A stretch of 18,994 nt of DNA from an archaeon (GTDB lineage Archaea > Iainarchaeota > Iainarchaeia > Iainarchaeales > 1-14-0-10-31-34). Within the stretch, counting starts at the first letter, position 1. Each line of letters opens with the position of its first letter. Below the pieces are notes generated by a model. That model was not told the DNA's origin. It searched no databases and saw only the letters and a program-made list of their open reading frames with translations. Where the stretch lies: positions 1 through 18,994 of the forward strand of contig JAJRVL010000003.1 in the NCBI GenBank assembly GCA_024277355.1. The letters are read 5' to 3'. Positions 1 to 7,668 of the stretch are shown here, piece after piece. A program made the position numbers and the translations under genes.

Positions 1-1
1 A

Positions 2-1597
2 ACTTCTTTAATTCAAAAATGGATTAACACTCCATCCACAAACCACGGACTAACACTAATGTACAACAACTACGACGGAACAGGAAACATAGCCTTCTAC
101 TCAAAAGAAGAAACAACAGTTTCAAACAGACCAAAACTCTATGTTACTTATTCTTCAAATTTATTTAAAGGAGTTATTCCAATGAATTCAGGAAATCCTT
201 TTTATACAATAAATCAAAATCCAATTACTTGTCTTGACATGAATACAGGAGACACTTGTGTTAATACCTGGCAGGTTATGCCTACTGGAAATCTTAATGG
301 AAAATACAGTTTTTTTGTTGATTATGTTCCAACAAATGCAGGGATTGCTTCAAGACAAACTCAAGATATTAATATTACAATTTCTTCTATAGAAAACTGT
401 TCTGACAATGACTTAGATGGATTTAATGGATTTGATGCAGAATTTTGTTCTGCTGGAACAGACTGTCAGGATTTAAATCCAAGTGTGAATCCTGCTCAAA
501 TTGAAATATGTGGAAACGGAATAGATGACAACTGCAATAATGAAATAGATGAAAGTTGTACGCCTTGTGTAGAAAACTGGGATTGTTCTGATTGGGGAGA
601 ATGCAGTTCAGGTTATCCTCCTTTTGTTTTTGAATGGGATTTTGAAGGAAATGGAGTAATTGATGCTACAACAAATTCTCCAGATAACAGTATTACTCAC
701 ACTTACCTAACAGGAGATTATAATCCAATAATAAAAGTAATTGATGTTATAACAGAAGAAGCAACAGATACAAAAAATTTAATTGTTGCTTCTTCTTCAG
801 GGAATATTCCTCCAGTAGCTGATGCAGGAGGCCCCTATAATGTTATTCCAGGAGAAAACATTATTTTAGATGCAAGTGCAAGTTATGATTCAGACGGAAC
901 AATAGATCAGTATAGATGGAAGATAACTGACAGAATTGGAACTCCTGATTGCAATCCAAAAAACAGTGTAAACACTACTTCAACACAAGTAATTGTATGC
1001 AATGCAATTGGAACAGCAGACGTAAATTTAACTGTAAGAGATAATGGTTCTCCTAACAGAGAATGGAATACAAATTTTACTGAAATAAAAGTTAAAGAAA
1101 TTCAAACATCAGATTTAATTAATATAGTTAAAATGACTATAGAACCAGAAATAGTTAAAGCAGGAAACAGCATTCAGATAATGACAAGAATTAGAAGTGC
1201 AACAAATGCTCCTCAAGATTTTAATATTTATTATTCAGTTAAATTAAATCAGGCAGACACAAATATTTCTGCTTTGTCTGAATTAATTACAGTTGAATTA
1301 ACAAACCAAAATATTAATGCATTTGAACAAATGGATTATATTATTACAATAACTAATATTCAGTTAAGTGCATTGCAGACAGGAGAAAACTACTGGGTTT
1401 ATGCAACAGCAGAAACTTCTAATACTGAAACAAATCAGACATTTAATACAAGAAGAGCAACTTTTAGTTTAAATGAAAACAGAATTGGAGAAATTCAACT
1501 GCCTGAAACAAATTTTATTTCATTAATAATTGTTGTTTTTTCTGTAATAATGCTTTTAACAAAAAAACAAACAATTAAAAAAATAAAAAAACAATAA
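2..1597 (+). CDS. Large secreted/surface protein, 5'-truncated by the window edge. Contains a Cys/Asp-rich MopE-type motif region, two PKD/Ig-like domains and a C-terminal LPETN + TM helix + poly-Lys tail.
   Basis: The ORF track gives 59..1597, but the same frame is open back to nt 2 (TSLIQKWINTPSTNHGLTL precedes the first Met), so the N-terminus lies outside the window. It has a CGNGIDDNCNNEIDESC-type motif. PKD-like signatures are FEWDFEGNG..THTY and PPVADAGGPY..LDASASYDSDG..YRW. The C-terminus is a hydrophobic helix followed by KKQTIKKIKKQ. Confidence 0.6.
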   Translation, partial: TSLIQKWINTPSTNHGLTLMYNNYDGTGNIAFYSKEETTVSNRPKLYVTYSSNLFKGVIPMNSGNPFYTINQNPITCLDMNTGDTCVNTWQVMPTGNLNGKYSFFVDYVPTNAGIASRQTQDINITISSIENCSDNDLDGFNGFDAEFCSAGTDCQDLNPSVNPAQIEICGNGIDDNCNNEIDESCTPCVENWDCSDWGECSSGYPPFVFEWDFEGNGVIDATTNSPDNSITHTYLTGDYNPIIKVIDVITEEATDTKNLIVASSSGNIPPVADAGGPYNVIPGENIILDASASYDSDGTIDQYRWKITDRIGTPDCNPKNSVNTTSTQVIVCNAIGTADVNLTVRDNGSPNREWNTNFTEIKVKEIQTSDLINIVKMTIEPEIVKAGNSIQIMTRIRSATNAPQDFNIYYSVKLNQADTNISALSELITVELTNQNINAFEQMDYIITITNIQLSALQTGENYWVYATAETSNTETNQTFNTRRATFSLNENRIGEIQLPETNFISLIIVVFSVIMLLTKKQTIKKIKKQ

Positions 1598-1617
1598 ACT
1601 ATAAAAAAAGTGAAAAA

Positions 1618-2601
1618 ATGGAATTTAATTTAACAAAAAAAAATATTGTTTTTATTGCATTGATTTCTTTAAGCATACTTATCTGGACTTATTTTTTGAA
1701 TTCAACTGACTTAATAATAACAGAAATGCTTAATTTAGGAGAAATGGGAAATATTATTTTAAAATTAAATACAAGTAATTTCTTTTTGTTTTTAGTTTCT
1801 TTTCCTTTAACTATTGCATTAATTGTAATCCAAACAAAACTTGAAGAAAAAAGAATTAATTCATTTATTGTTTCAATTGGAGGAAGCTTAATTGGATTAA
1901 GTTTAGCATTAATTTTATTTTCAAATATGCAGGAATATTTGTTAATTGGAATATTTTATTTAATTGGAATAATTTTAACAACAGAATTAATTAATGTAAA
2001 AAAACTTGAATTAAAAAAATATGTTTCATTTAGATTACTTGGAACAGGAAACCAAAAAACAACAACAATAATTGCATTAGGATTATTTTTATTTGTAGCA
2101 ATGACAGTTTATGACAACAAAGAAATGTATTCAGAACAAATTGATAACCAATTACTTGAATTAGCAGGCGGAAATGATGCAAAAGACCAATTAAGTGATT
2201 ATGCTGCAGATTTATTAATTGAATCACATAAACAGACAGCAAAACAAATTACTTCTCTTCCAACATTTGATGCATTAGGAACTTCAATCGACCCAAATGC
2301 AGTTGCATTTCACACTGGACTATTAGAATTAACTGATTCAGTTAATTCTCCTGAATACAGAGAACAAATAAAACAAGAAATAGCAAAACAATCAGATGTA
2401 TCAGATGACCAATTAAAAGATGTATTAACAACCGTTAAACAACAAATGCCTTTATTTGGAATAATGACAGACTTATTATGGTTAATTGAAGGCTTTGCTT
2501 TTTTCTCTGCTTTTCTTTTAATTTCAAATACTATTTTTTATATTTTAACAGCAATTTATGGTTTAATAATAGAACAAATATTTAAGATAGCTGTAAAATA
2601 A
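1618..2601 (+). CDS. Polytopic membrane protein, unknown function
   Basis: 327-aa ORF starting 21 nt after the surface-protein stop, with purine-rich AAAGTGA just upstream of the ATG. Hydrophobic helices at both ends flank a polar Gln/Asp/Glu-rich middle. No family recognised. Confidence 0.5.
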   Translation: MEFNLTKKNIVFIALISLSILIWTYFLNSTDLIITEMLNLGEMGNIILKLNTSNFFLFLVSFPLTIALIVIQTKLEEKRINSFIVSIGGSLIGLSLALILFSNMQEYLLIGIFYLIGIILTTELINVKKLELKKYVSFRLLGTGNQKTTTIIALGLFLFVAMTVYDNKEMYSEQIDNQLLELAGGNDAKDQLSDYAADLLIESHKQTAKQITSLPTFDALGTSIDPNAVAFHTGLLELTDSVNSPEYREQIKQEIAKQSDVSDDQLKDVLTTVKQQMPLFGIMTDLLWLIEGFAFFSAFLLISNTIFYILTAIYGLIIEQIFKIAVK

Positions 2602-2632
2602 AAACAATTCTGTTTACTATTTTATTGGTTGC

Positions 2633-2807
2633 GGCCTCATAGTGTAATGGATTAGCATAGTTGCTTGCGGAAACCGCTTCCGTGCGGTTGGAACGGTGCA
2701 CGACATAAAGTCGTGATAGCGCCACTTTATGTGGCGCACGGGTGTCAACTGACAGTGGCAATTGTTGTAAACAGCAACAGGACAGGGTTCAATTCCCCGT
2801 GAGGCTG
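2633..2807 (+). tRNA. tRNA-Arg (anticodon GCG) interrupted by a 102-nt intron at the canonical 37/38 position
   Basis: Hand fold. Acceptor is ggcctca/tgaggct (G1.U72 wobble). D arm is gtgt-aatggatta-gcat. Anticodon stem is gttgc (2660-2664) / gcaac (2774-2778), with loop tt-GCG-g..a. T arm is caggg-ttcaatt-ccccg (one A.C mismatch) and the discriminator is g2807. Mature length is 73 nt and no CCA is encoded. Confidence 0.8.
2671..2772 (+). other. tRNA-Arg intron (102 nt) with an hBHBh'-type splice motif and a GC-rich multi-hairpin interior
   Basis: Central 4-bp helix 2665-2668:2767-2770 (U:A, U:A, G.U, C:G). Three-nt bulges at 2669-2671 and 2771-2773. Outer helix 2672-2674:2764-2766. Interior hairpins are gcgccac/gtggcgc (2719-2725/2731-2737, 7 bp perfect) and cacgac/gtcgtg (2699-2704/2710-2715), with alternative aaccgc/gcggtt (2672-2677/2684-2689). 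Confidence 0.7.
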
Positions 2808-2839
2808 TTAATAAATTAAATATTTTTTGAGGTGAAAAA

Positions 2840-3163
2840 ATGAAAGTAGGAATTGTAATTAGTACAAATTAACCAGAAACAGTCTGGAATGCTTTTAGAT
2901 TTGGGATTACAGCATTAACTTCCAGTCATAAAGTAAAAGTATTTTTAATGAACAAAGGAGTAGAAATAGAAGACATTAAAAACGAAAAATACAATGTAAA
3001 AGAACAAGCTGATTTATTCATTGAAAATAAAGGACAAATATTAGCCTGCGGAACCTGCTTAAAATCAAGACAAAAACAAAGCAGCAATGTTTGTCCAATT
3101 TCAACTATGACAGAATTATTAAAATTAGTTGAAGAATCAGATAAAATTTTAAGTTTTGGTTAA
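2840..3163 (+). pseudogene. DsrE/DsrF-like family protein gene with an in-frame TAA at codon 11
   Basis: GAGGTGA SD at 2829-2835, then ATG at 2840. Translation is MKVGIVISTN*PETVWNAFRFGITALTSSHKVKVFLMNKGVE..ILACGTCLKSRQ... and is colinear in one frame with track ORF 2948..3163. The stop at 2870-2872 falls where this family, as I recall it, has Asp in the STNDPET motif. Confidence 0.6.
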
Positions 3164-3295
3164 TGTGTTTTAAAACAAAAACTATTTAATAACTACATAA
3201 CTTAATTATTATTGATTGAAATGAACAGTGAGTGTATTCACAACAAACCAGTATTCTAAAGCTAATTTACTTATTTATCAGAATGCATTTCAAAT

Positions 3296-3306
3296 AAAAA
3301 TTTATT
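3296..3306 (+). promoter_or_regulatory. TATA-box-like element upstream of tRNA-His
   Basis: aaaaatttatt is centred about 30 nt upstream of the first tRNA-His nucleotide (3331), which fits archaeal TATA spacing. Sequence context only. Confidence 0.25.
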
Positions 3307-3330
3307 CTAACTTAAAATTCATTCTATCAT

Positions 3331-3402
3331 GGCTGACGTAGTGTAGCGGTAGCATAAGAGCCTGTGGAGCTCTTGGGTCGGGTCCGAATCCCGGCGTCGG
3401 CC
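3331..3402 (+). tRNA. tRNA-His (anticodon GUG) with genomically encoded G-1
   Basis: 8-bp acceptor g+gctgacg / cgtcggc+c (G-1:C73). D arm gtgt-agcggta-gcat. Anticodon arm agagc-ctGTGga-gctct. T arm tcggg-tccgaat-cccgg. No CCA encoded. Confidence 0.9.
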
Positions 3403-3470
3403 TAAAACTTTTTAAAAAAAAGTTTTATCAAAAAAAGGAACTCTTACGAGTTCAAAAAAAGTGATTTAAA

Positions 3471-4760
3471 ATGGAATTAATACAACCAAAAGGAACAAGG
3501 GATTTTCTGCCAGAAAAACAAATACAAAAGCAGGAAATTACAGAGAAAATAAAGCAAGTATTTGAATTATACGGCTATTCTCCAATAGAAACACCTGTAT
3601 TTGAAAGATTTGAGGTTATTTCATCTAAATATGCAGGCGGAGAAGAAATATTAAAAGAAACTTTTTCTTTTGAAGACCAAGGCAAAAGAAAATTAGGATT
3701 AAAATACGATTTAACTGTTCCTTTAGCAAGAGTAATTGCAATGAATCCTGCTTTAAAAATGCCGTTTAAAAGATATCAGATTGAAAGAGTTTTTAGAGAT
3801 GGACCAACAACAACTTCAAGATACAGAGAATTTTATCAATGCGATGTAGACATAATTGGAACAGAAAAAATGTCAGCTGAAGCAGAATTAATGAAAATTG
3901 CATCAAAAGTATTTGAAAAACTAAATTTAGAAGTTGAAATCAAATTAAACAACAGAAAATTATTAAATGGTTTAATGGAAGAAATTGGAATCAAAAAAGA
4001 AAAAATAAATTCTGTTTTATCAGCAATAGACAAATTAGACAAAATAGAAAAAAAAGAAATAGAAAAAGAACTGAAAAACAAAGGCATTGAAGAAGAAACA
4101 ATTAAAAAAATATTTGAATTAATTGAAATAAAAGGAAACAATAAAGAAATATTAGAAAAACTGGAAAAAAAAGTTTCTTCAGAAGAAGGAAAACAAGGCA
4201 TTAAAGAATTAAAAGAAATTTTAGATTTAACAAAACAATACAAAATAAATAACTTATACATAAATATTAGTCTTGTTCGCGGCTTAAGCTATTACACAGG
4301 CCCAATTTTTGAAGTTTTATTAAAAAAAGGAAAAATAAAAAGTTCTGTTTGCGGCGGCGGAAGATATGACAAAATGATTGGATTAATTTCAGGAAAAAAA
4401 GATTTTCCAGCTGTTGGAATTTCTTTTGGTTTGGAAAGAATTTTAGATGAATTAAATGAAACAGAAAAAACAAAAAAAACAGTAACTGAAATTTTTGTTA
4501 TTCCGATTAACATTGAAAAAAATGCAATTGAATTAAGCGAAAAAATCAGAAGCATTGGAATTAAAACAGAAATTGATTTAATGAACAGAAGTATTTCAAA
4601 AAATCTAGATTTTGCTTCAAAACAAAGAATTCCTTTTGTTGTTGTTTTAGGAGAAAAAGAAATCAAAGCAGAAGAATTTTCCCTGAAAAACATGGAAAGT
4701 GGAAAAGAAATTAAAGTAAAGATTTCTGAATTAGAGAAATTAAAAGAATTAGTTAAATAA
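3471..4760 (+). CDS. hisS: Histidine--tRNA ligase (class II aaRS)
   Basis: 429 aa with KGTRDFLP, KYDLTVPLAR, FKRYQIERVFRDG, REFYQCDVDIIG, GGGRYD and GISFGLER motifs, plus a C-terminal anticodon-binding-type domain. Confidence 0.92.
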   Translation: MELIQPKGTRDFLPEKQIQKQEITEKIKQVFELYGYSPIETPVFERFEVISSKYAGGEEILKETFSFEDQGKRKLGLKYDLTVPLARVIAMNPALKMPFKRYQIERVFRDGPTTTSRYREFYQCDVDIIGTEKMSAEAELMKIASKVFEKLNLEVEIKLNNRKLLNGLMEEIGIKKEKINSVLSAIDKLDKIEKKEIEKELKNKGIEEETIKKIFELIEIKGNNKEILEKLEKKVSSEEGKQGIKELKEILDLTKQYKINNLYINISLVRGLSYYTGPIFEVLLKKGKIKSSVCGGGRYDKMIGLISGKKDFPAVGISFGLERILDELNETEKTKKTVTEIFVIPINIEKNAIELSEKIRSIGIKTEIDLMNRSISKNLDFASKQRIPFVVVLGEKEIKAEEFSLKNMESGKEIKVKISELEKLKELVK

Positions 4761-4802
4761 ATTAGCTTATAAACTTTTTTTTACTAAATTTTTTCTTTTG
4801 CC

Positions 4803-4874
4803 GCCTCTGTAGCTCAGTGGTAGAGCGTTACATTGGTAATGTAAAGGTCGCGAGTTCAATCCTCGCCAGAGGCT
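4803..4874 (+). tRNA. tRNA-Thr (anticodon GGU)
   Basis: gcctctg-ta-gctc-agtggta-gagc-g-ttaca-ttGGTaa-tgtaa-aggtc-gcgag-ttcaatc-ctcgc-cagaggc-t. All stems are Watson-Crick. Confidence 0.92.
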
Positions 4875-4890
4875 TAAAAAAAGAAAAAAA

Positions 4891-4905
4891 GCCCTTTTTA
4901 AGGGC
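4891..4905. terminator. Stem-loop between convergent tRNA-Thr and TrpB2, flanked by T-runs on both strands
   Basis: gccctt-ttt-aagggc lies 3 nt beyond the TrpB2 stop. On the minus strand it is followed by tttttttcttttttt, and on the plus strand by a T5 run. Confidence 0.4.
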
Positions 4906-4907
4906 AT

Positions 4908-6173
4908 TCAAATTTTTGTATATGCAGGCAAATCCAATAAACCATGTCCTGAAAAATTAAAGACAATTGTTTTTTCTTCTTTGTTTTGTTTTGCTTTTAA
5001 TGCTGAATCAATTACTGCTTTTATTGCATGGGCTGTTTCAGGAGCAGGAATTATTCCTTCCGAATTAACAAAAATTTTTGCTGCTTCAAAAGTTTGTTCC
5101 TGAGAATATGCTTTTGCTTTAATTAAATCCAGATTTTTCAGCAAGGAAACAATTGGAGAATCACCATGATATCTTAATCCTCCTGCATGAATTGGTTCAG
5201 GAATAAAATCACTTCCTAAAGAATGCATTTTAATTAAAGGAGTCATTTTTCCTGTGTCGCCGAAATCATATTTGTATTTTCCTTTAGTTAAAGTCGGAAC
5301 TGCTTTAGGTTCAACTGCAATAATTTCAGTTTCTTTTCCTTTTAGTTTATCTTTAATAAAAGGAAAAATTAATCCTGCAAAATTGCTTCCACCTCCAACA
5401 CAGCCAATTAAAACATCTGCATTTTTGTCAATTGATTCAAGCTGTTTTTTTGTCTCTAAGCCAATTATTGTTTGATGCAATAATACATGATTTAACACTG
5501 ATCCAATAGAATAAAATGTTTTTTCATTTGTTGCTGCTTTTTCTATTGCTTCGCTGATTGCAGTCCCTAATGAACCATTGAAATTCTTTTTTTCTTTTAG
5601 CATTTGCTTCCCTATTATTGTGTTTTCAGAAGGAGAAGGAAAAACTTCTGCTCCAAACAAATTCATTAAAATTTTTCTGTAAGGCTTTTGTTCAAAAGAA
5701 TTTCTAACCATGTAAACTTCTGCATTTAGTTCATTAAACATTGCTGCAAGAGAAACAGCTGAACCCCATTGTCCTGCACCTGTTTCAGTTGAAACATTTT
5801 CAAATCCTTGTTTTTTTGCATAAAAAGCCTGCGCCAAAGCAGTGTTAGGTTTATGCGAACCTACTGGGCTTAAGTCTTCTCTTTTATAATAAATTTCAAT
5901 TCCTTTTGGAAGACTTAATTTTTTTTCTAGTCTTAAAGCCCTGTATAAAGGCCTTGGCCTGCCTAAATGAAAATACTGTTCCCTTAATTCAGCAGGAATT
6001 TTAATAAACGATTCATTACTGAATTCCTGTTTAATGCATTCTTTTGGAAACAATACTTCCAGTTCCTCTGCCTTAACTGCTTCTCTTGTTTTTGGATTTA
6101 AAGGAAAAGGAAGCTGTTCAGGCAAATCAGGCAGAATATTGTAGTAATGCCTTGGAAAATCTTCAGCAAGCAA
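4908..6173 (-). CDS. trpB2: TrpB2-type tryptophan synthase beta-like PLP enzyme (TTG start)
   Basis: 421 aa with N-terminal [25 protein letters not shown] (PLP lysine), [11 protein letters not shown] and [11 protein letters not shown]. The only ATG/GTG/TTG between the upstream in-frame stop (6210-6212) and the conserved N-terminus is TTG at 6173-6171. Confidence 0.85.
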   Translation of the reverse strand: MLAEDFPRHYYNILPDLPEQLPFPLNPKTREAVKAEELEVLFPKECIKQEFSNESFIKIPAELREQYFHLGRPRPLYRALRLEKKLSLPKGIEIYYKREDLSPVGSHKPNTALAQAFYAKKQGFENVSTETGAGQWGSAVSLAAMFNELNAEVYMVRNSFEQKPYRKILMNLFGAEVFPSPSENTIIGKQMLKEKKNFNGSLGTAISEAIEKAATNEKTFYSIGSVLNHVLLHQTIIGLETKKQLESIDKNADVLIGCVGGGSNFAGLIFPFIKDKLKGKETEIIAVEPKAVPTLTKGKYKYDFGDTGKMTPLIKMHSLGSDFIPEPIHAGGLRYHGDSPIVSLLKNLDLIKAKAYSQEQTFEAAKIFVNSEGIIPAPETAHAIKAVIDSALKAKQNKEEKTIVFNFSGHGLLDLPAYTKI

Positions 6174-6243
6174 ATTTATTACGCCAAAGACAACTCCCTT
6201 CAGTTTCTTTTATTGTTTTTGCTTGTGTAATTTGTTTTTTCAT
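6163..6243 (-). CDS. 26-codon upstream ORF bridging the ParB-like gene and TrpB2 ([26 protein letters not shown])
   Basis: GGAGG (6255-6251) lies 7 nt upstream of ATG 6243-6241. This ATG overlaps the ParB-like TGA stop (ATGA). The uORF stop (6165-6163) lies 6 nt past the TrpB2 TTG start. Confidence 0.35.
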   Translation of the reverse strand: MKKQITQAKTIKETEGSCLWRNKFAC

Positions 6244-6599
6244 TTTTTTACCTCCAATTTATAGTTTATCCTGAATAATTCAAGAACATGATTTGTTGTT
6301 TTGAAAGGAAAAAGTTTTTTGCTTAAAGCGTTTTCAATAACAAGATTTTTATTTATTTTAATTTCTTTTCTTCTTTTCTTTAATTGAATTTTATCTGAAA
6401 AATAGTTCACAAGAAGACAGGGAATTTTTTTTATTCCTAATGCTTTAAATGCTTTAATTCTATGATGGCCATCTAAAATAACATAATTTGAGTTTTCTAT
6501 GATTACAGGAAAAAAAAGAAGTTTATGTTTTTTTATTGAATTAATTACTTTAATTAATTTAGTTTTATTTGTTTTTTCATGCGGCTTAAGAAGCGACAC
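6240..6599 (-). CDS. Small ParB/sulfiredoxin-fold (ParB N-terminal domain-like) protein
   Basis: 119 aa with LKPHE near the N-terminus and the VILDGHHRIKA motif typical of ParB-like nuclease/NTP-binding domains. It has a GTG start. The frame stays open upstream to a stop at 6684-6686 without another canonical start codon. Confidence 0.6.
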   Translation of the reverse strand: MSLLKPHEKTNKTKLIKVINSIKKHKLLFFPVIIENSNYVILDGHHRIKAFKALGIKKIPCLLVNYFSDKIQLKKRRKEIKINKNLVIENALSKKLFPFKTTNHVLELFRINYKLEVKK

Positions 6600-6785
6600 A
6601 GCAATTAATCCTAAAGAACCAAAAACATTCGCTGGTCTGACAGCTCCCTTCTGAAAAAACTTTTGAAAAAGAGTTATAATTAACTAAAACAGAATTAGAT
6701 TTATTTAATCCAAAGACATTCAACTCTTTTCATAAATAAATTCTAAGTAAAGGTAATTTTAAAGCTTTCGTTAATCCATGATTTA

Positions 6786-7628
6786 ATGTTTCAGTTTTTG
6801 TATGCTTTAATTTCATTTTTTTCATGGGGTTCAGAAGGAATTTTTGATAAAAAATCCATGGAAAAATTAAATCCATATAATGCTTTAAATATAAGATATG
6901 CTTTTGTTTTTATCTGGGTAATTTTAACAACCATAATTTTTTCCGGAATAACTTTGCCTTCTTTTTCTTTAATTCCTTATATTTTGTTTACCTGCTTTAT
7001 TGGAGCAGCTGCAATAATTTTCTTTTTTAAGGCATTAAATGAAATCGGAGTAAGCCTTCCAATAGCAATAGCAAAAAATTATTTTTTAGTTACAATTGTA
7101 ATTTCAATTATTTTTTTTAATGAAACTTTAACTTTAATGCAGATAATTGCTGCTTTAATGATTTTGTCTTCTATTTTTGTTTTATCTTTTGAAAAAAAAG
7201 AAAAAAAAATTATTTTAAGCAAAGGAGTAATTTTTTCTTTATTAACTTTAGTTGGCTGGGGCGCATATTTTGCTTTAATTAAACCAATTGTATTAACCTT
7301 AAATCCATTTAATGCTTCTTTGGTTTTAGAAAGCACTATTTTTTTCATGATTTTAAGTTATTCTTTTTTAACAAAAAAAGAATTAAAATTAAATGAAAAA
7401 AAATCCAATGGTTTTGCTTTTATTGCTTCAATTCTTTTGGTTATTGGTTCAATTTCATATAATTTTTCAATTGAATTAATTGGAGCATCATTAACTGCTG
7501 TTGCTGTTGCACCTACTCCAATTCTTGCTTCAGTTCTTGCAGGAATCTTTTTAAAAGAAAAATTAACTAAAATTAAATATGCTGCAATAATTGTTTCAGT
7601 TATTGGTTTAGCCTTGCTTTTTTTATAA
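6786..7628 (+). CDS. EamA/DMT-superfamily transporter
   Basis: 280 aa, about 10 hydrophobic helices arranged as two similar halves, typical of EamA-domain permeases. Confidence 0.7.
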   Translation: MFQFLYALISFFSWGSEGIFDKKSMEKLNPYNALNIRYAFVFIWVILTTIIFSGITLPSFSLIPYILFTCFIGAAAIIFFFKALNEIGVSLPIAIAKNYFLVTIVISIIFFNETLTLMQIIAALMILSSIFVLSFEKKEKKIILSKGVIFSLLTLVGWGAYFALIKPIVLTLNPFNASLVLESTIFFMILSYSFLTKKELKLNEKKSNGFAFIASILLVIGSISYNFSIELIGASLTAVAVAPTPILASVLAGIFLKEKLTKIKYAAIIVSVIGLALLFL

Positions 7629-7668
7629 ACATTAATTTTAATAACAATAAAAGCATATTATATCTGCT

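Noticed and set aside
2758-2780. Alternative reading of the 2633-2807 gene as a class II tRNA, with gcaat 2758-2762 as the 3' anticodon stem and tgttg-taaa-cagca as a long variable arm
   Set aside because: This leaves too many unpaired nucleotides 3' of the putative variable stem. It gives no Leu or Ser anticodon and destroys the clean BHB geometry that the class I reading provides.
2870-2872. In-frame TAA in the DsrE-like gene as evidence of stop-codon reassignment or recoding
   Set aside because: TAA is the ordinary terminator of most well-supported genes in this window (surface protein, hisS, PAP2, CNNM and others), and no recoding signal is evident. A nonsense mutation or base-call error is simpler.
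6163-6243. Treating ATG 6243 as the true TrpB2 start by assuming a frameshift
   Set aside because: Not adopted as the primary call. TrpB2 proteins normally have only about 8-15 residues before the (W/Y)YNI..DLP motif, and the TTG start reproduces that spacing. A fused version would add about 23 extra residues. It is kept as an alternative in the uORF finding.
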